Source: Candidatus Xenobia bacterium (GTDB lineage Bacteria > Vulcanimicrobiota > Xenobia > Xenobiales > QWHO01). From it: a DNA stretch of 64,000 nt. Both the position numbers and the translations under genes were made by a program. Shown piece after piece: positions 20,804 through 30,656 of the stretch. Below the pieces are notes generated by a model. It was not told the origin of the DNA, ran no database searches, and saw nothing but the letters and a program-made list of their open reading frames with translations. The stretch spans positions 1 to 64,000 of the forward strand of contig BTUM01000025.1 of assembly GCA_045863235.1 (NCBI GenBank). The letters run 5' to 3'. How positions within the stretch are numbered: the stretch's first letter is position 1; every line of letters begins with the position of its first letter.

Positions 20804-23800
20804 CCGAGACAGAGCAACTTCAGGTGAGCCAGCAGGACATCCTGGACGGGTGGGCCCTCTGGGCCCGTGCCACCGGCTACCTGCCTTCACTGGCCTTCCA
20901 GCAGGCCTGTCGGCACGACCTGTTCGGACATCTCGAGCAAGGGCCCACCGACGCCGCCGGGCTGGCTGAGCGCGCCGGCCTCGACCCGGAGGCCGTCGGG
21001 CTGCTGCTCGAGTGTCTGGCCGCCATGGAGCTGGTCGAGCCGTGGGAGGGCGGCTACCGCAACTGCCCCGCGGCCTCCAAGATGCTGGTGCACGGCAAGC
21101 CGCTGTGCCAGCTGGGGATCTTTGCCCACAGTCAGGTGACCGGGGCCACCCTGGAGCGGGCCGAGCTGGCGCTCAAGCAGGGCCACCTGGGAGCGCCCGC
21201 CATTCCGCCCGGACATCTCGAGGACATGATGACCGCGATGCACGATGCCGCCCTGCTGGCAGTCGGCCGCGTGTTGCCCTGGATGCAGGGCGACCGTTTG
21301 CTTGACCTGGGGGGCGGGGCGGGCAATTACAGCCTGGCGTTCTGTCAGTCCTCACCGGACCGGAAGGCCGTGCTGCTGGATCTTCCCGAGGTGGCCGGGG
21401 CTCTGACCCCGCGCGTGTGCGAGGCAAGGCTCTCAGAGCGCCTCGAGGTACGGGCGCAGGACGTGCGCCAGGGCGATCTGGGCCAGGGCTACACGACTGC
21501 CCTCGTCAGCAACCTCCTGCACTACCTGCAGAGCGATGAGCTCGAGCCCTTCCTGCGTCGGGTGGCCGACTCCCTGGCTCCCGGGGGGCGACTCCTGGTG
21601 CGCGACGTCGTGCGAGGCGACGCGGGCACGGGCCCCCTGATCCCGGCCCTGCTGGCCCTGCGTCTGCTCACGACGGCTCCGGGGCGAGGCCACACGCTGG
21701 GCCAGGTTCTCCGGGCCATCGCCTCCTCCGGGCTGAGCCTGGAGCGGGTGCAAGACCTGGCGCCGGAGCCGGCCACGCTGGTAGTGGCCCGAAAAGGCTC
21801 GGTGCCGGCCTGCTCGCCCCCTTCCCCCCGCCTGAGCCCGGCGCTCCGGCCCCGCCGGTATTCGCTTCAGCTCGAGATCGATCCCGAGAAAGACGACTTC
21901 CTTGGTTGCGTGGAGATCGAGCTGGAAGCGTTCGAGAGCTTCCCTCACATCCTGCTGCACGCTCGCGATCTTGAGGTCGACGGAACCACTCGGATCGATC
22001 CCGACCTGATCCGCGTGGACCAGCTGGTGGCGCCGGGCAGAAGTCGCCTTCGACTTTCCTATCGCGGCAAGGTGAGCAGGAGACTGCGGGGCCTCTACTC
22101 GAGCCAGACCGAAGAGGGCAAGAAGCTCTTGGTGACTCAGGGTGAGCCAAACTACGCCCGCCTGTTCTATCCCTGCTTCGACGAGCCCGCCTTCAAAGCG
22201 ACTTTCGAGCTGACCGTGCAGATCCCTGAGGGCCTGACGGCGGTATCGAACGCACCCGAGGTCCACCGTGAGAAGGCTGGCCCCGGGCGCGAGCGAGTGC
22301 GCTTCGCGGCCACCCCTCCCATGTCGTGCTACCTGCTCGCGCTGGTGGTTGGCGATCTGGAAGCTTCCCCTCCCCTCAAGGTGGACGGCGTCACTGTGCG
22401 CATCTACGCCACACCCGGAAAGTCTCGGCTGGTGGAGTACGCCCTGCAGGTCGCGGGGAGGGCCTTGCTCGACTACCGCGAGTATTTCGGCTGCCCCTAC
22501 CCGCTGACCAAGCTCGACCTGGTCGGAGTGCCGGACTTCGGCTCGGGGGCCATGGAGAACCTGGGCTGCGTGATTTTCCGCGAGACCAACCTGCTTGCGC
22601 GCGAGGAGACGTCGACCAGGGACCAGCTCATGGAGCTGTCGCTCACCGTAACCCACGAGATCGCCCACCAGTGGTTCGGCGACCTGGTGACCATGTTCTG
22701 GTGGGACGACCTCTGGCTCAACGAGGCTTTTGCCACCTGGATGATGGTGCGCGCGGTGGCTCGCCAGCAGCCAGACTGGGACTGCTGGACCTGGTTTGGG
22801 GGCGCGCGCCAGCGGGCCCAGGAGTTGGACGCTCTCGAGTCCACCCGTCCCATCTACGCGCCGGTCGAGAGCCCCGAGCAGATGGCGGAGATGTTCGACG
22901 TGATCACCTACAACAAGGGAGCGGCGGTGCTCAAGATGCTGGAGGAGTTCCTGGGGCCGGAAGTCTTCCGGCGTGGCGTGGCGGCCTACATTCAGCGGCA
23001 CCAGTTCGCAAACGCCACAGGCGCGGACCTGTGGGAAGCCCTGGAGGAGATTAGCGGACAACCGGTGCGCCAGATCATGGACGCCTGGCTCACCCGGCCA
23101 GGCTACCCGCTCGTGACTGCGCGCCGGGAGGGGGGCGAGCTGGTGCTTCGCCAGGAGCGTTTTCTCTATTCAGGCTCTCGCCCGGGGACCTGGCCGATTC
23201 CGCTGGTCTACCGCGTGGGCGGCGAGGAGCGTCGCCTGCTCCTTTGCGAGCCCGAGCAAAGAGTCCAGGCGCCAGAGGGCCCCGTCCTGCTCAACGCCGG
23301 CGCCTTCGGCTACCTGCGCGCCGAGCCGGGGGAGGTCCCCGACCCCGCCGCTCTCAGCGTGAGCGAGCGCATCGGCCTGCTGCGCGATGCCTGGGCGCTG
23401 GTTCTGAGCGGGCACTGGGAGGTGGAACGGTTCTTCGAGCTGGCTGCGGCCTGGATTCCCGAGGAGCGCAATACCGACGTCTGGGAGGCCTTTCTCGACG
23501 AGTGCCGCGACCTGTGGCGCTTCCAATGGAGTGAGCTGCCGAAGCGGCTGAGCCCGCTCTGGCCTCGCACGCCCTGCGAGCCAGACGAGCAGCGCCTGCG
23601 CGCCCGCGTGCTGGCCGCCCGAGCCACGCTGGCCGGGGATGACTCGCAGCTGGGGTGGGCCCGCGACTTTGTGGCCCGGCCCCAGGAGAAGGAGCTCTTC
23701 CAGGCCGCCCTGCAGATTGTGAGCTGGCACGGCGACGCGGGCGACTATGCCCGGATCTTCTCTCTGTGGCAGGAAACTGACGAGCCCACCGTGCAGCGCC

Positions 23801-24171
23801 AGTTGATGCTGGCGCTGGCGGGTTTCCGTCCGCCCGAGCTGGTGAGGCGCTGTCTGGAGCAGATCCTCAATGCAGGCGTGCGTCCCCAGGACGGCGGCCA
23901 CCTGTTGCTGGCGGCCTGCAAGAATCCGGCCGCTGCCGACACGGTCTGGAGCTTCGTACGCGCTCGCTGGGAGGAGCTGATCGCGGTGCTGCCCATGCAG
24001 GGAATGCGCCTGTTCTTGCAGGGCGTTCCTTTCCTGGTGCTGCCCGAGCGGGCTGAGGAGATGAAACGCTTCCTGACCGAGCGCCCGGTGGAGGGAGGAA
24101 GGCGCCAGCTGACTCAGTCACTGGAGTGCCTGGACATCGCGCTGCGACTGCGGGCACGGTTGGAGCGCTAG
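20800..24171 (+). CDS. Fusion of O-methyltransferase (Methyltransf_2 type) and M1 aminopeptidase
   Basis: N-terminal dimerisation helices, LLDLGGGAG and LAPGGRLLV; then YARLFYPCFDEP, GAMEN, HEIAHQWFG, LWLNEAFA, YNKG and an ERAP1-like C-terminus; one uninterrupted frame. Confidence 0.85.
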   Translation: MTETEQLQVSQQDILDGWALWARATGYLPSLAFQQACRHDLFGHLEQGPTDAAGLAERAGLDPEAVGLLLECLAAMELVEPWEGGYRNCPAASKMLVHGKPLCQLGIFAHSQVTGATLERAELALKQGHLGAPAIPPGHLEDMMTAMHDAALLAVGRVLPWMQGDRLLDLGGGAGNYSLAFCQSSPDRKAVLLDLPEVAGALTPRVCEARLSERLEVRAQDVRQGDLGQGYTTALVSNLLHYLQSDELEPFLRRVADSLAPGGRLLVRDVVRGDAGTGPLIPALLALRLLTTAPGRGHTLGQVLRAIASSGLSLERVQDLAPEPATLVVARKGSVPACSPPSPRLSPALRPRRYSLQLEIDPEKDDFLGCVEIELEAFESFPHILLHARDLEVDGTTRIDPDLIRVDQLVAPGRSRLRLSYRGKVSRRLRGLYSSQTEEGKKLLVTQGEPNYARLFYPCFDEPAFKATFELTVQIPEGLTAVSNAPEVHREKAGPGRERVRFAATPPMSCYLLALVVGDLEASPPLKVDGVTVRIYATPGKSRLVEYALQVAGRALLDYREYFGCPYPLTKLDLVGVPDFGSGAMENLGCVIFRETNLLAREETSTRDQLMELSLTVTHEIAHQWFGDLVTMFWWDDLWLNEAFATWMMVRAVARQQPDWDCWTWFGGARQRAQELDALESTRPIYAPVESPEQMAEMFDVITYNKGAAVLKMLEEFLGPEVFRRGVAAYIQRHQFANATGADLWEALEEISGQPVRQIMDAWLTRPGYPLVTARREGGELVLRQERFLYSGSRPGTWPIPLVYRVGGEERRLLLCEPEQRVQAPEGPVLLNAGAFGYLRAEPGEVPDPAALSVSERIGLLRDAWALVLSGHWEVERFFELAAAWIPEERNTDVWEAFLDECRDLWRFQWSELPKRLSPLWPRTPCEPDEQRLRARVLAARATLAGDDSQLGWARDFVARPQEKELFQAALQIVSWHGDAGDYARIFSLWQETDEPTVQRQLMLALAGFRPPELVRRCLEQILNAGVRPQDGGHLLLAACKNPAAADTVWSFVRARWEELIAVLPMQGMRLFLQGVPFLVLPERAEEMKRFLTERPVEGGRRQLTQSLECLDIALRLRARLER

Positions 24172-24240
24172 CAGAATATGTTGGGCGTCGCGCAGCCGGA
24201 AAACCGTGTCAAGGGGGGGTCCGGCTGCGCTCCCAGGGGC

Positions 24241-25653
24241 TCAGCCGACGAAGATCAGGGAGTTCAGCCCGCCCATCCCGTCTGGCTCGCGGTGCCCGTT
24301 GCAGGGGTCCTCCAGCCAGACCCCATCCACCACGTACTTGTAGCGATGGGGCCCGGGCTGGGGGGCGGGCAAGTCCAGCCTCCACAGGCCGTTGGGCTTG
24401 CGTCTCATCATCAGCCGGGCCCAGTCGGTGAAGTCGGCGGCCAGCTCCACGCTGCGGGCGGTGGGCTCGAAGAGTTGGAAGACCAGCTTGCCGTCCTCGG
24501 CGTGGGGCGGAGTGAACCACAGCATGTCGGCCCGAATATGGGGCTCGCTGGCGGCCAACTCCACCGCCCGGCGCGGATTGACCCGACCGAAGCCTTGCTC
24601 TTCCACGGGCAGGTTGGGCAGCCGCTCGGCCGTCATGGCCAGGATCTGCTTGACCTGCAGTGGATTGAGGTCGGGATTGGCCTGGAGCATCAGGGCCGCG
24701 GTGGAGGTCACCAGGGGGGCGGCGAACGAGGTTCCCTCCACGTGCTTGTAGTGTGCTCCCACGATGTCGTAGTCCTCCACTTTGCAAGCCACACGCTGGT
24801 GCAGATCCGCAGGGGACAGTCGCAGGTCGCGCTCGCTGAGCTCGGCGGGGCCTCTGAGCTCGCGAGCCAGGTCGGGTAGCTCGTCCAGGGAGCAGTTGGC
24901 CAGCCGGGTGAGGGCATCGGCCCGCTCGAAGTCCCGGGTTCCCGGTAGGATCGGGGCGGCCACTCGCGCGGCGGTCGCCACCAGCTCGGGCTTGAGCAGC
25001 CCGTCGGCGGTCTGGCCGTAGGATGAGGGAGGGTACAGCTCGGCGTATCCTCCAGGGCGGTCCAGGCCGCCCACCGTGATGACCGAGGGCGAGTTGGCCG
25101 GCGGGGTGGGCACCCTGCCGGTATTGCCCGCCGCGGCGACCACCACGATTCCCTGGCGCACCGCTTCCTCCGCGAGCTGGTCCACGACGTCGGTTTCGAA
25201 GGAGATGTCCTCCTCGTTGGCCTGGATCGACAGGTTCACCACCCGGATGCCCAGCCGAGCCCGGTTGTCCAGCACCCAGCGCAGGGCGCGAGCCACGTTC
25301 TCCTCGCTCAGCCCCCGGTCGTCAGCCGTCTTAACCAGCACCAGGTCTGACTCGTAGGCCAGACCACGGTAGTAGCCGTCGGAGAGATAGCCGTTTCCGG
25401 CCGCCACCACCGATGTCATGGTACCGTGCCATTGCCAGCGCGTGACCTCTCTGGACAGGAGCTTCCCCTGGCCGGTGGCGTCATAGGACTCCTTGATCCG
25501 GTTGACCGGCCGGGTCAGGTCGGGATGGGGCGTAAAGTCCGCATCCAGAACCGCGATGGTGACCCCCTGTCCGGTGTAGGTTGCGGGGGCACGCAGGCTG
25601 AGCGGCTCAGGAAGCCGGGCGAAGCGGTTGAAGCGCGGTCGAGGATGAGACAC
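24241..25653 (-). CDS. S8 subtilase with C-terminal CBM48/glycogen-binding-like domain
   Basis: Triad IAVLD, HGT, GTSFAAP; tail VELAADFTDW...YKYVVDGVW..DP...DGMGGLNS. Confidence 0.85.
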   Translation of the reverse strand: MSHPRPRFNRFARLPEPLSLRAPATYTGQGVTIAVLDADFTPHPDLTRPVNRIKESYDATGQGKLLSREVTRWQWHGTMTSVVAAGNGYLSDGYYRGLAYESDLVLVKTADDRGLSEENVARALRWVLDNRARLGIRVVNLSIQANEEDISFETDVVDQLAEEAVRQGIVVVAAAGNTGRVPTPPANSPSVITVGGLDRPGGYAELYPPSSYGQTADGLLKPELVATAARVAAPILPGTRDFERADALTRLANCSLDELPDLARELRGPAELSERDLRLSPADLHQRVACKVEDYDIVGAHYKHVEGTSFAAPLVTSTAALMLQANPDLNPLQVKQILAMTAERLPNLPVEEQGFGRVNPRRAVELAASEPHIRADMLWFTPPHAEDGKLVFQLFEPTARSVELAADFTDWARLMMRRKPNGLWRLDLPAPQPGPHRYKYVVDGVWLEDPCNGHREPDGMGGLNSLIFVG

Positions 25654-25665
25654 GAATGCAGCCGC

Positions 25666-26796
25666 TTAGCCGCCTGCGGGGGACATTCCTGCGCGCAGAT
25701 CCAGAGGGCGGATGCAGACTGAGTCTCCCTGGATCTCGACTTTGACGCCCATGCCCTGGCTGTCGTGCACGATGCGCTCGGCGATCTGGCGGAGCAACTC
25801 CCCCCGGGCCACCTGAGGCATTCCCTGGTGGGGGTGGTCGCGCCGCCTCACGATCTCGTAGGGGATCGCTCTGAGAGAAGTGGGCGGCCCGTCGGTAAAG
25901 GTGGCTTCGGTGAGAAATCCCTGCCAGAACTGGTCTTCTGCTGCCAATCGCGAAACGAAGGGACGCGACTCGGGGATCAAGAGCTCGATACCAAGAGGGA
26001 TGTTGAAGATGAAATTGCCCATGCTGTGCACGATGAACCGGCCTTTGTAGGACTCGACTCCATTGATGGCATGGGGGCCGTGACCCAGGATCAGATCGGC
26101 CCCGGCGTCCACCAGCCAGTGGGTCCAGGCGCGCCGGGTGGGAGCAACTTCCAGGGGCGCTCGGAAGCCGAAGTGCGTGTGCATCGAGACCAGCACGATG
26201 TCGGCGTGCTTGCGGGCACGCGCCACCGAGGCCAGCAAGAGCTCCAGGTAGCGCTCGTCGGGGCACTCGAGCACGCTGCCGTCAGACGGGATGCGCACGC
26301 GATAGGCCTGCACGACGGCCGCACCGGGCTTGTGCACGTCAGAGCGAACGGGCTCGGGGTAATCCTCCCACAATGGGTGGTACCAGCAGTGGAAAGCCAC
26401 CAGGGCCACGCGGCGGTTCTTCACCTTCCAGTAGAGGGGGGCGAAAGCCCCCTGGCTGGTCAGGGAGGCTCCCGCAAACTTGAGCTTTCGCTCGCGCAAC
26501 GCCTTGCGCGTGGAGATCAGACCTCCCAGGCCATAGTCCATGATGTGGTTGTTGGCCAGCGAGAGAACGTCCAGGCCCATCTTCTCGATCTCGTCAGCCA
26601 TGGACACGTCGGCGCGGGCGATGTCGATCTTGGGAATCGGGTTGCCGGACTCGACCAGAGGAACCTCCAGGTTGCCAAAGCTGATGTCGGCTTTGCGCAT
26701 CCGGTTGGCCAGGGCCAGGAAGCCCGGGTCGCTCCAGTCGTTGAGGTTGATGCCGAAGAGAATATCCCCCACCGCGCTCAGTCTCAATTTGCTCAT
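25666..26796 (-). CDS. CapA-family metallophosphatase
   Basis: AVGDI, GNLE, LANNHIMDYG, GADLILGHGPH, SMGNF. Confidence 0.88.
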   Translation of the reverse strand: MSKLRLSAVGDILFGINLNDWSDPGFLALANRMRKADISFGNLEVPLVESGNPIPKIDIARADVSMADEIEKMGLDVLSLANNHIMDYGLGGLISTRKALRERKLKFAGASLTSQGAFAPLYWKVKNRRVALVAFHCWYHPLWEDYPEPVRSDVHKPGAAVVQAYRVRIPSDGSVLECPDERYLELLLASVARARKHADIVLVSMHTHFGFRAPLEVAPTRRAWTHWLVDAGADLILGHGPHAINGVESYKGRFIVHSMGNFIFNIPLGIELLIPESRPFVSRLAAEDQFWQGFLTEATFTDGPPTSLRAIPYEIVRRRDHPHQGMPQVARGELLRQIAERIVHDSQGMGVKVEIQGDSVCIRPLDLRAGMSPAGG

Positions 26797-27145
26797 GAGC
26801 CGGCCTTCTCGGGGTCGGATGCGGCTTCCTACCCGGCTCGAGGAAAGTCCCGCGCCCGCTGGCAAGTATGGCTCCTGGGCCAAGCGCCGCGCTCGAGCTG
26901 GGTCGCCCACTCTGAGGCCAACAGGTTCGGAAGGTCCCTCAGCACAGCGTCCTGCGCGCGGCGCATCGGGTCTGGCGCTCGGGCCCCGAGCTCGAGCCTG
27001 GCCGATGAGCGAACGTCCTGAGCCGCACGGAGGTCCAGCCAGGGCCCGCTGGACCGGGGATTCTGCCAGCTTGGAGAGAAGGTCCGGCTCAGATCAGGGG
27101 GTCATCCTCGTCGTCCGCGAAATCCGCCGTCGTCATGCTTATCTC

Positions 27146-27709
27146 TCATCCATTCGGCTGCTTTCTTCGGATTCGGACGCCGCCCAGGGTCACCCTATCT
27201 TCGTTCAGGCCCACCGAACCGGTTCCGCTCGAGCAAACGAGCCGCAGCGCCTGAGTGGACTCTCGCAGCCGGGTCACTTCCTGGAGGTACTGGCGGGCCT
27301 GACCCTTGAGGGCCTCAATGGCCTGACCGGTGTTCCGGCGCCACGTTTCCTCGCTGGGCCTCGTGGCGCTCACCAGCATTCCGCCTAGCAGGCCGCCGAA
27401 ACCGGATAACGCCAGCGCGACTGGCAAGACCGTGCTTTCGGGTGCGAGCCATAGCGCAAACGGCATCAGGGACCCGGAGGCCATCCCTACGACCATAAGG
27501 CCACGCGCCAGCTTGTCCCGCGAGCTCAGCTCCACAAACTGCTCGTTGTAACCCGGCGCGCATTTGAAGGAGACCTCCAGGCAATCTTCCAGATTGCGCC
27601 GATGGTCGTCTTGGAGCTCGGCCAGGCCTTGCAGTAACTGTTCCTCGGTCTGGCGATCAGCCAGCGCCTGGCGAGGGTCCAACTTCCAGTTGTGCGATTG
27701 AACCTGCAT
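27146..27709 (-). CDS. Hypothetical two-TM membrane protein
   Basis: Two hydrophobic helices; C-terminal VGLNEDRVTLGGVRIRRK; conserved promoter directly upstream. Confidence 0.65.
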   Translation of the reverse strand: MQVQSHNWKLDPRQALADRQTEEQLLQGLAELQDDHRRNLEDCLEVSFKCAPGYNEQFVELSSRDKLARGLMVVGMASGSLMPFALWLAPESTVLPVALALSGFGGLLGGMLVSATRPSEETWRRNTGQAIEALKGQARQYLQEVTRLRESTQALRLVCSSGTGSVGLNEDRVTLGGVRIRRKQPNG

Positions 27710-27716
27710 CCTTCAG

Positions 27717-27749
27717 AGCCTAGACCGGGGAGCTGAAAGAAATCTTGAA
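27717..27749 (-). promoter_or_regulatory. Shared promoter TTCAAG-N5-TTTCAG-N10-TAGGCT
   Basis: Same geometry as the sites at 29392, 30655 and 56631; the -10 lies 7 nt before the ATG. Confidence 0.65.
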
Positions 27750-27847
27750 ACCTGAGTGGGGAAGGGAACGAGCAGTGCACCTATCGGACCTGCCGGGGTG
27801 ATTGGGGAGGGCGCGCACTGAAAGGATGACCAGCAACCTTTGCAGCC

Positions 27848-27987
27848 GGGTGGACCTGGAGCAGGCTCGCGAGAACTTGCAGGCGACCACGCCCGACAAG
27901 GGTGGCCATCGCGCCAAAGCCCTGGTGCTCGTGAACAGGGCCCTGGAACAGGTCAAGCTGGGCATCGCGGCGGACCGCCGCCACTGA
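27848..27987 (+). repeat. 3' duplicate of the small secreted-protein gene at 6990-7217
   Basis: About 140 bp direct repeat of 7078-7217 with scattered substitutions; lacks the signal-peptide part. Confidence 0.88.
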
Positions 27988-28032
27988 GACGCCGCTCCCT
28001 CAGCAATGAGCGCGGCGTCCTTCAATGGCAGG

Positions 28033-29187
28033 TCAGCCGCTGAGAATGTCCCCTTCCCACAGCCGCGTCGCGAACTCGGCCGCTGGAAGGATCAGAATCC
28101 CGTCTTCGGTACGCCTCGGCAGGCGCTCCAGGGACACCATGTAAAGCTGTTTCACTCCGGGCTGCTCGAAGCGAAATTGACGTAGACCCTTCAGGTGCTC
28201 GGAGTGGACACTGGATACGGCCTTGGCCTCGATGGCGATTTCGGCGTCGTTGAGTACGAAGTCCACCTCCGCACCCGTGCTCAAGCGCCAGTACGACAGC
28301 TCGGGGTGAAGTCCGCTGTAGCTGCCATAAGCGGACAGCTCATGAGCGAGCCAGTTCTCGAACGCCTTCCCGAAGAGCTCCGTGGCCGGTCGGAGCTCCC
28401 CTCGCCGGGTCAGGTGATTGACCGCGCCTACGTCCGCGAAGTAGAACTTGGGCGCGTGCTGGACCCTGCGCTTGGGGCGCCGGACAAAGGCGGGCAGTAA
28501 GCGGCCCAGGAGCGTCTCCACCAGGATCTGGTAATACTCCTTCACCGTCGGCCCGCTCACCCCGCAGTCACGCGCGATGTTGCTGTAGCTGAGTGTTTCG
28601 GTATCACCCAGGGCAGCCATCTGCAGGAAGTTTGCGAAGGCGGACAGGTTGCGAACCAGGCCCTCCGCGGCCACTTCCTCCTTCAGATAGTCGTTGACGT
28701 AGGCGCGCAGGAGGGGAGCAGGCTGGTCCTCGAGGTAGTGCCTTGGAAGATACCCATGGTTGAGCATGCGGATCAGGTCGAATTGCTGACCAAGCTCGGC
28801 CGAAACCAGGCCGAAGAGCTCGTAGCGCAGGGCTCGGCCGCCAAGGAGGTTGGCATGCCCCCGCCGCACCTTGCGTGCGCTTGAGCCGCAGAGCGCAAAG
28901 ACGAGGCCCTGGTTCTCGATGAGCCAGTGCACTTCGTCCAGGAGAGCAGGGACTTTCTGGATCTCATCCAGCACGACCAGCTTCCCGGCCGGCTCTCCCG
29001 CCAGCTCCTCGCGCAAGAGCCCGGGGCGGGCCAGGTAGCGCGCGTAGAGGTCGGTATCCAGGAGATCGCGCCTGGGCGCCTCCGGGTACGTTTCTCGCAG
29101 GAGCCAGCTCTTGCCCGTCTGCCGGGGCCCCCACAGGAAGTAGCTGTGGCGCGAGGGTCTGGGCAGACAGAGGCGACGCTGAAACAT
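28033..29187 (-). CDS. AAA_14 ATPase with DUF4143 C-terminus
   Basis: GPRQTGKS, VVLDEIQK, GSSA, PKFYFADVG, EVDFV...EAK. Confidence 0.88.
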   Translation of the reverse strand: MFQRRLCLPRPSRHSYFLWGPRQTGKSWLLRETYPEAPRRDLLDTDLYARYLARPGLLREELAGEPAGKLVVLDEIQKVPALLDEVHWLIENQGLVFALCGSSARKVRRGHANLLGGRALRYELFGLVSAELGQQFDLIRMLNHGYLPRHYLEDQPAPLLRAYVNDYLKEEVAAEGLVRNLSAFANFLQMAALGDTETLSYSNIARDCGVSGPTVKEYYQILVETLLGRLLPAFVRRPKRRVQHAPKFYFADVGAVNHLTRRGELRPATELFGKAFENWLAHELSAYGSYSGLHPELSYWRLSTGAEVDFVLNDAEIAIEAKAVSSVHSEHLKGLRQFRFEQPGVKQLYMVSLERLPRRTEDGILILPAAEFATRLWEGDILSG

Positions 29188-29391
29188 CGTTTTAGAATTT
29201 CTGTGCAAATTGAAAGTAAACCTTTAAGGTCTGCCGGGGGACGAAGGTCGGCCCACGGCGCTGGAAAGCGGGTGCCATCGTTCGGACATCCCGCCGCGCT
29301 TAGACTATACCCCGCAGCTGTCCCGACCTACCACTGGCCGGGCCTGCGGGCAAGCCAGGCTGGTGCACGGAACCGGCAGACCAGGGGAGTC

Positions 29392-29424
29392 TTTCAGCCC
29401 CCTTTCAGCCCGCCGGGCCAGGAT
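29392..29424 (+). promoter_or_regulatory. Shared promoter TTTCAG-N5-TTTCAG-N10-CAGGAT
   Basis: Perfect direct repeat with 11-bp period; GTG start 5 nt after the -10. Confidence 0.65.
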
Positions 29425-29429
29425 GGGGA

Positions 29430-30656
29430 GTGATCATCTCCCCGGTCGGCCAACCCGTTGCAGGTCGCCCCGAGCTCCGTGCCGCAAGCGCCGCTTCGCC
29501 GGATGGCGTGCAGCTGTCTCCCGAAGCGACAAGAGCCCTGCTCGAGCCCGGGCAGCCCACCGTGACCCCCGCCTGGAGCTACCCGCACCAGACCAACTTG
29601 ATTGGAGGCTCGGTGCTCAGCCAGGATGGCACTCGGCTTTTCCAATCCGGGTACGACCGCCTGTTCTGCCTGGACACGATCAAAGGGGGGTGCCTGTGGG
29701 AGTTTCCCGCCAGGCCTTCCTCGGCGGCGGTAGTGGGACCGACCGGGCTGGTCTACGTCACCGCTGACGGCAAGCTCCACGCCCTCGACCCGATAACCGG
29801 CAAGCCGACCTGGAGCGTTGAGGTCCCGGGAGGAGGGGCGGGAACGCGCCCGGGGCCAGAGGGGGAGCTCCTGGTCACGGCCGGAGCCGGGACCGTGGCT
29901 CTGCATCCTTCTGACGGCACGATCATGTGGACCTCTCCGATCAGCGGCCCCGAGGTGGCGGTCGGCAAGGACGGTCGGATGTTCGCCGCCGGCGACGGCC
30001 TCAAGTGCGTGGTTGGGTACGACCGCGACAGCGGCGCCGAGATCTGGCGCAAGATGCACGGTCACTGTCGCCATCGTCCGGCCGTCGGTCCGGACGGCAC
30101 CGTCTACCTGGGCAACGTTGCGGGCGTTTTCATGGCGTTGGATCCGGCCACGGGCGACATCAAGTGGTCATATGACACGGGCAGCCACATTCTCGAGAGC
30201 CCGACGGTGGCCCCGGACGGAACAGTCTATGCCGGGAATCTCGCCGGGAAGCTCTTTGCCTTCGACCCGGTCAAGCGAGGCAAGAAGTGGGAGGCCGAGG
30301 TGGGAGCGGAAGTGCGCCAGCCTCCCGGAATCGGCGGAGATGGGACGGTCTTGCTGGCCAGCGACCGCAATGTGGTGCTGGGCTTCGAGCCCGAGCACGG
30401 GGGGAAGCTGTGGAGCGAGCCAGCGGCCAGCTACGTGCACTGCACCCCGGTTTCGGATCGACATGGGCAGGTCTACTTTGGAGCCAACAATGCGACCCTC
30501 TACAGCCTGAAGACCCCGGCTCTGCGGCTGCAGCTCGATGATCTGGCCCGGTTGCCAGCGAGCCACGATGCCCCCGGCCTTGGCTACTCCCACGGACGCC
30601 TGATCGTGGGCCAGAGCGCTCTGCCCCTGAGATCCCCTGACAATCGGCCGACCTGA
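29430..30656 (+). CDS. PQQ-like (BamB-type) beta-propeller protein
   Basis: Repeats of PAVGPDGTVY...ALDPATG..KW; low-complexity N-terminus, no signal peptide. Confidence 0.85.
   Translation: MIISPVGQPVAGRPELRAASAASPDGVQLSPEATRALLEPGQPTVTPAWSYPHQTNLIGGSVLSQDGTRLFQSGYDRLFCLDTIKGGCLWEFPARPSSAAVVGPTGLVYVTADGKLHALDPITGKPTWSVEVPGGGAGTRPGPEGELLVTAGAGTVALHPSDGTIMWTSPISGPEVAVGKDGRMFAAGDGLKCVVGYDRDSGAEIWRKMHGHCRHRPAVGPDGTVYLGNVAGVFMALDPATGDIKWSYDTGSHILESPTVAPDGTVYAGNLAGKLFAFDPVKRGKKWEAEVGAEVRQPPGIGGDGTVLLASDRNVVLGFEPEHGGKLWSEPAASYVHCTPVSDRHGQVYFGANNATLYSLKTPALRLQLDDLARLPASHDAPGLGYSHGRLIVGQSALPLRSPDNRPT

Noticed and set aside
7217..27848. Active integrative element bounded by att sites
   Set aside because: No integrase or transfer genes, and the repeats are diverged; kept only as a duplication relic.
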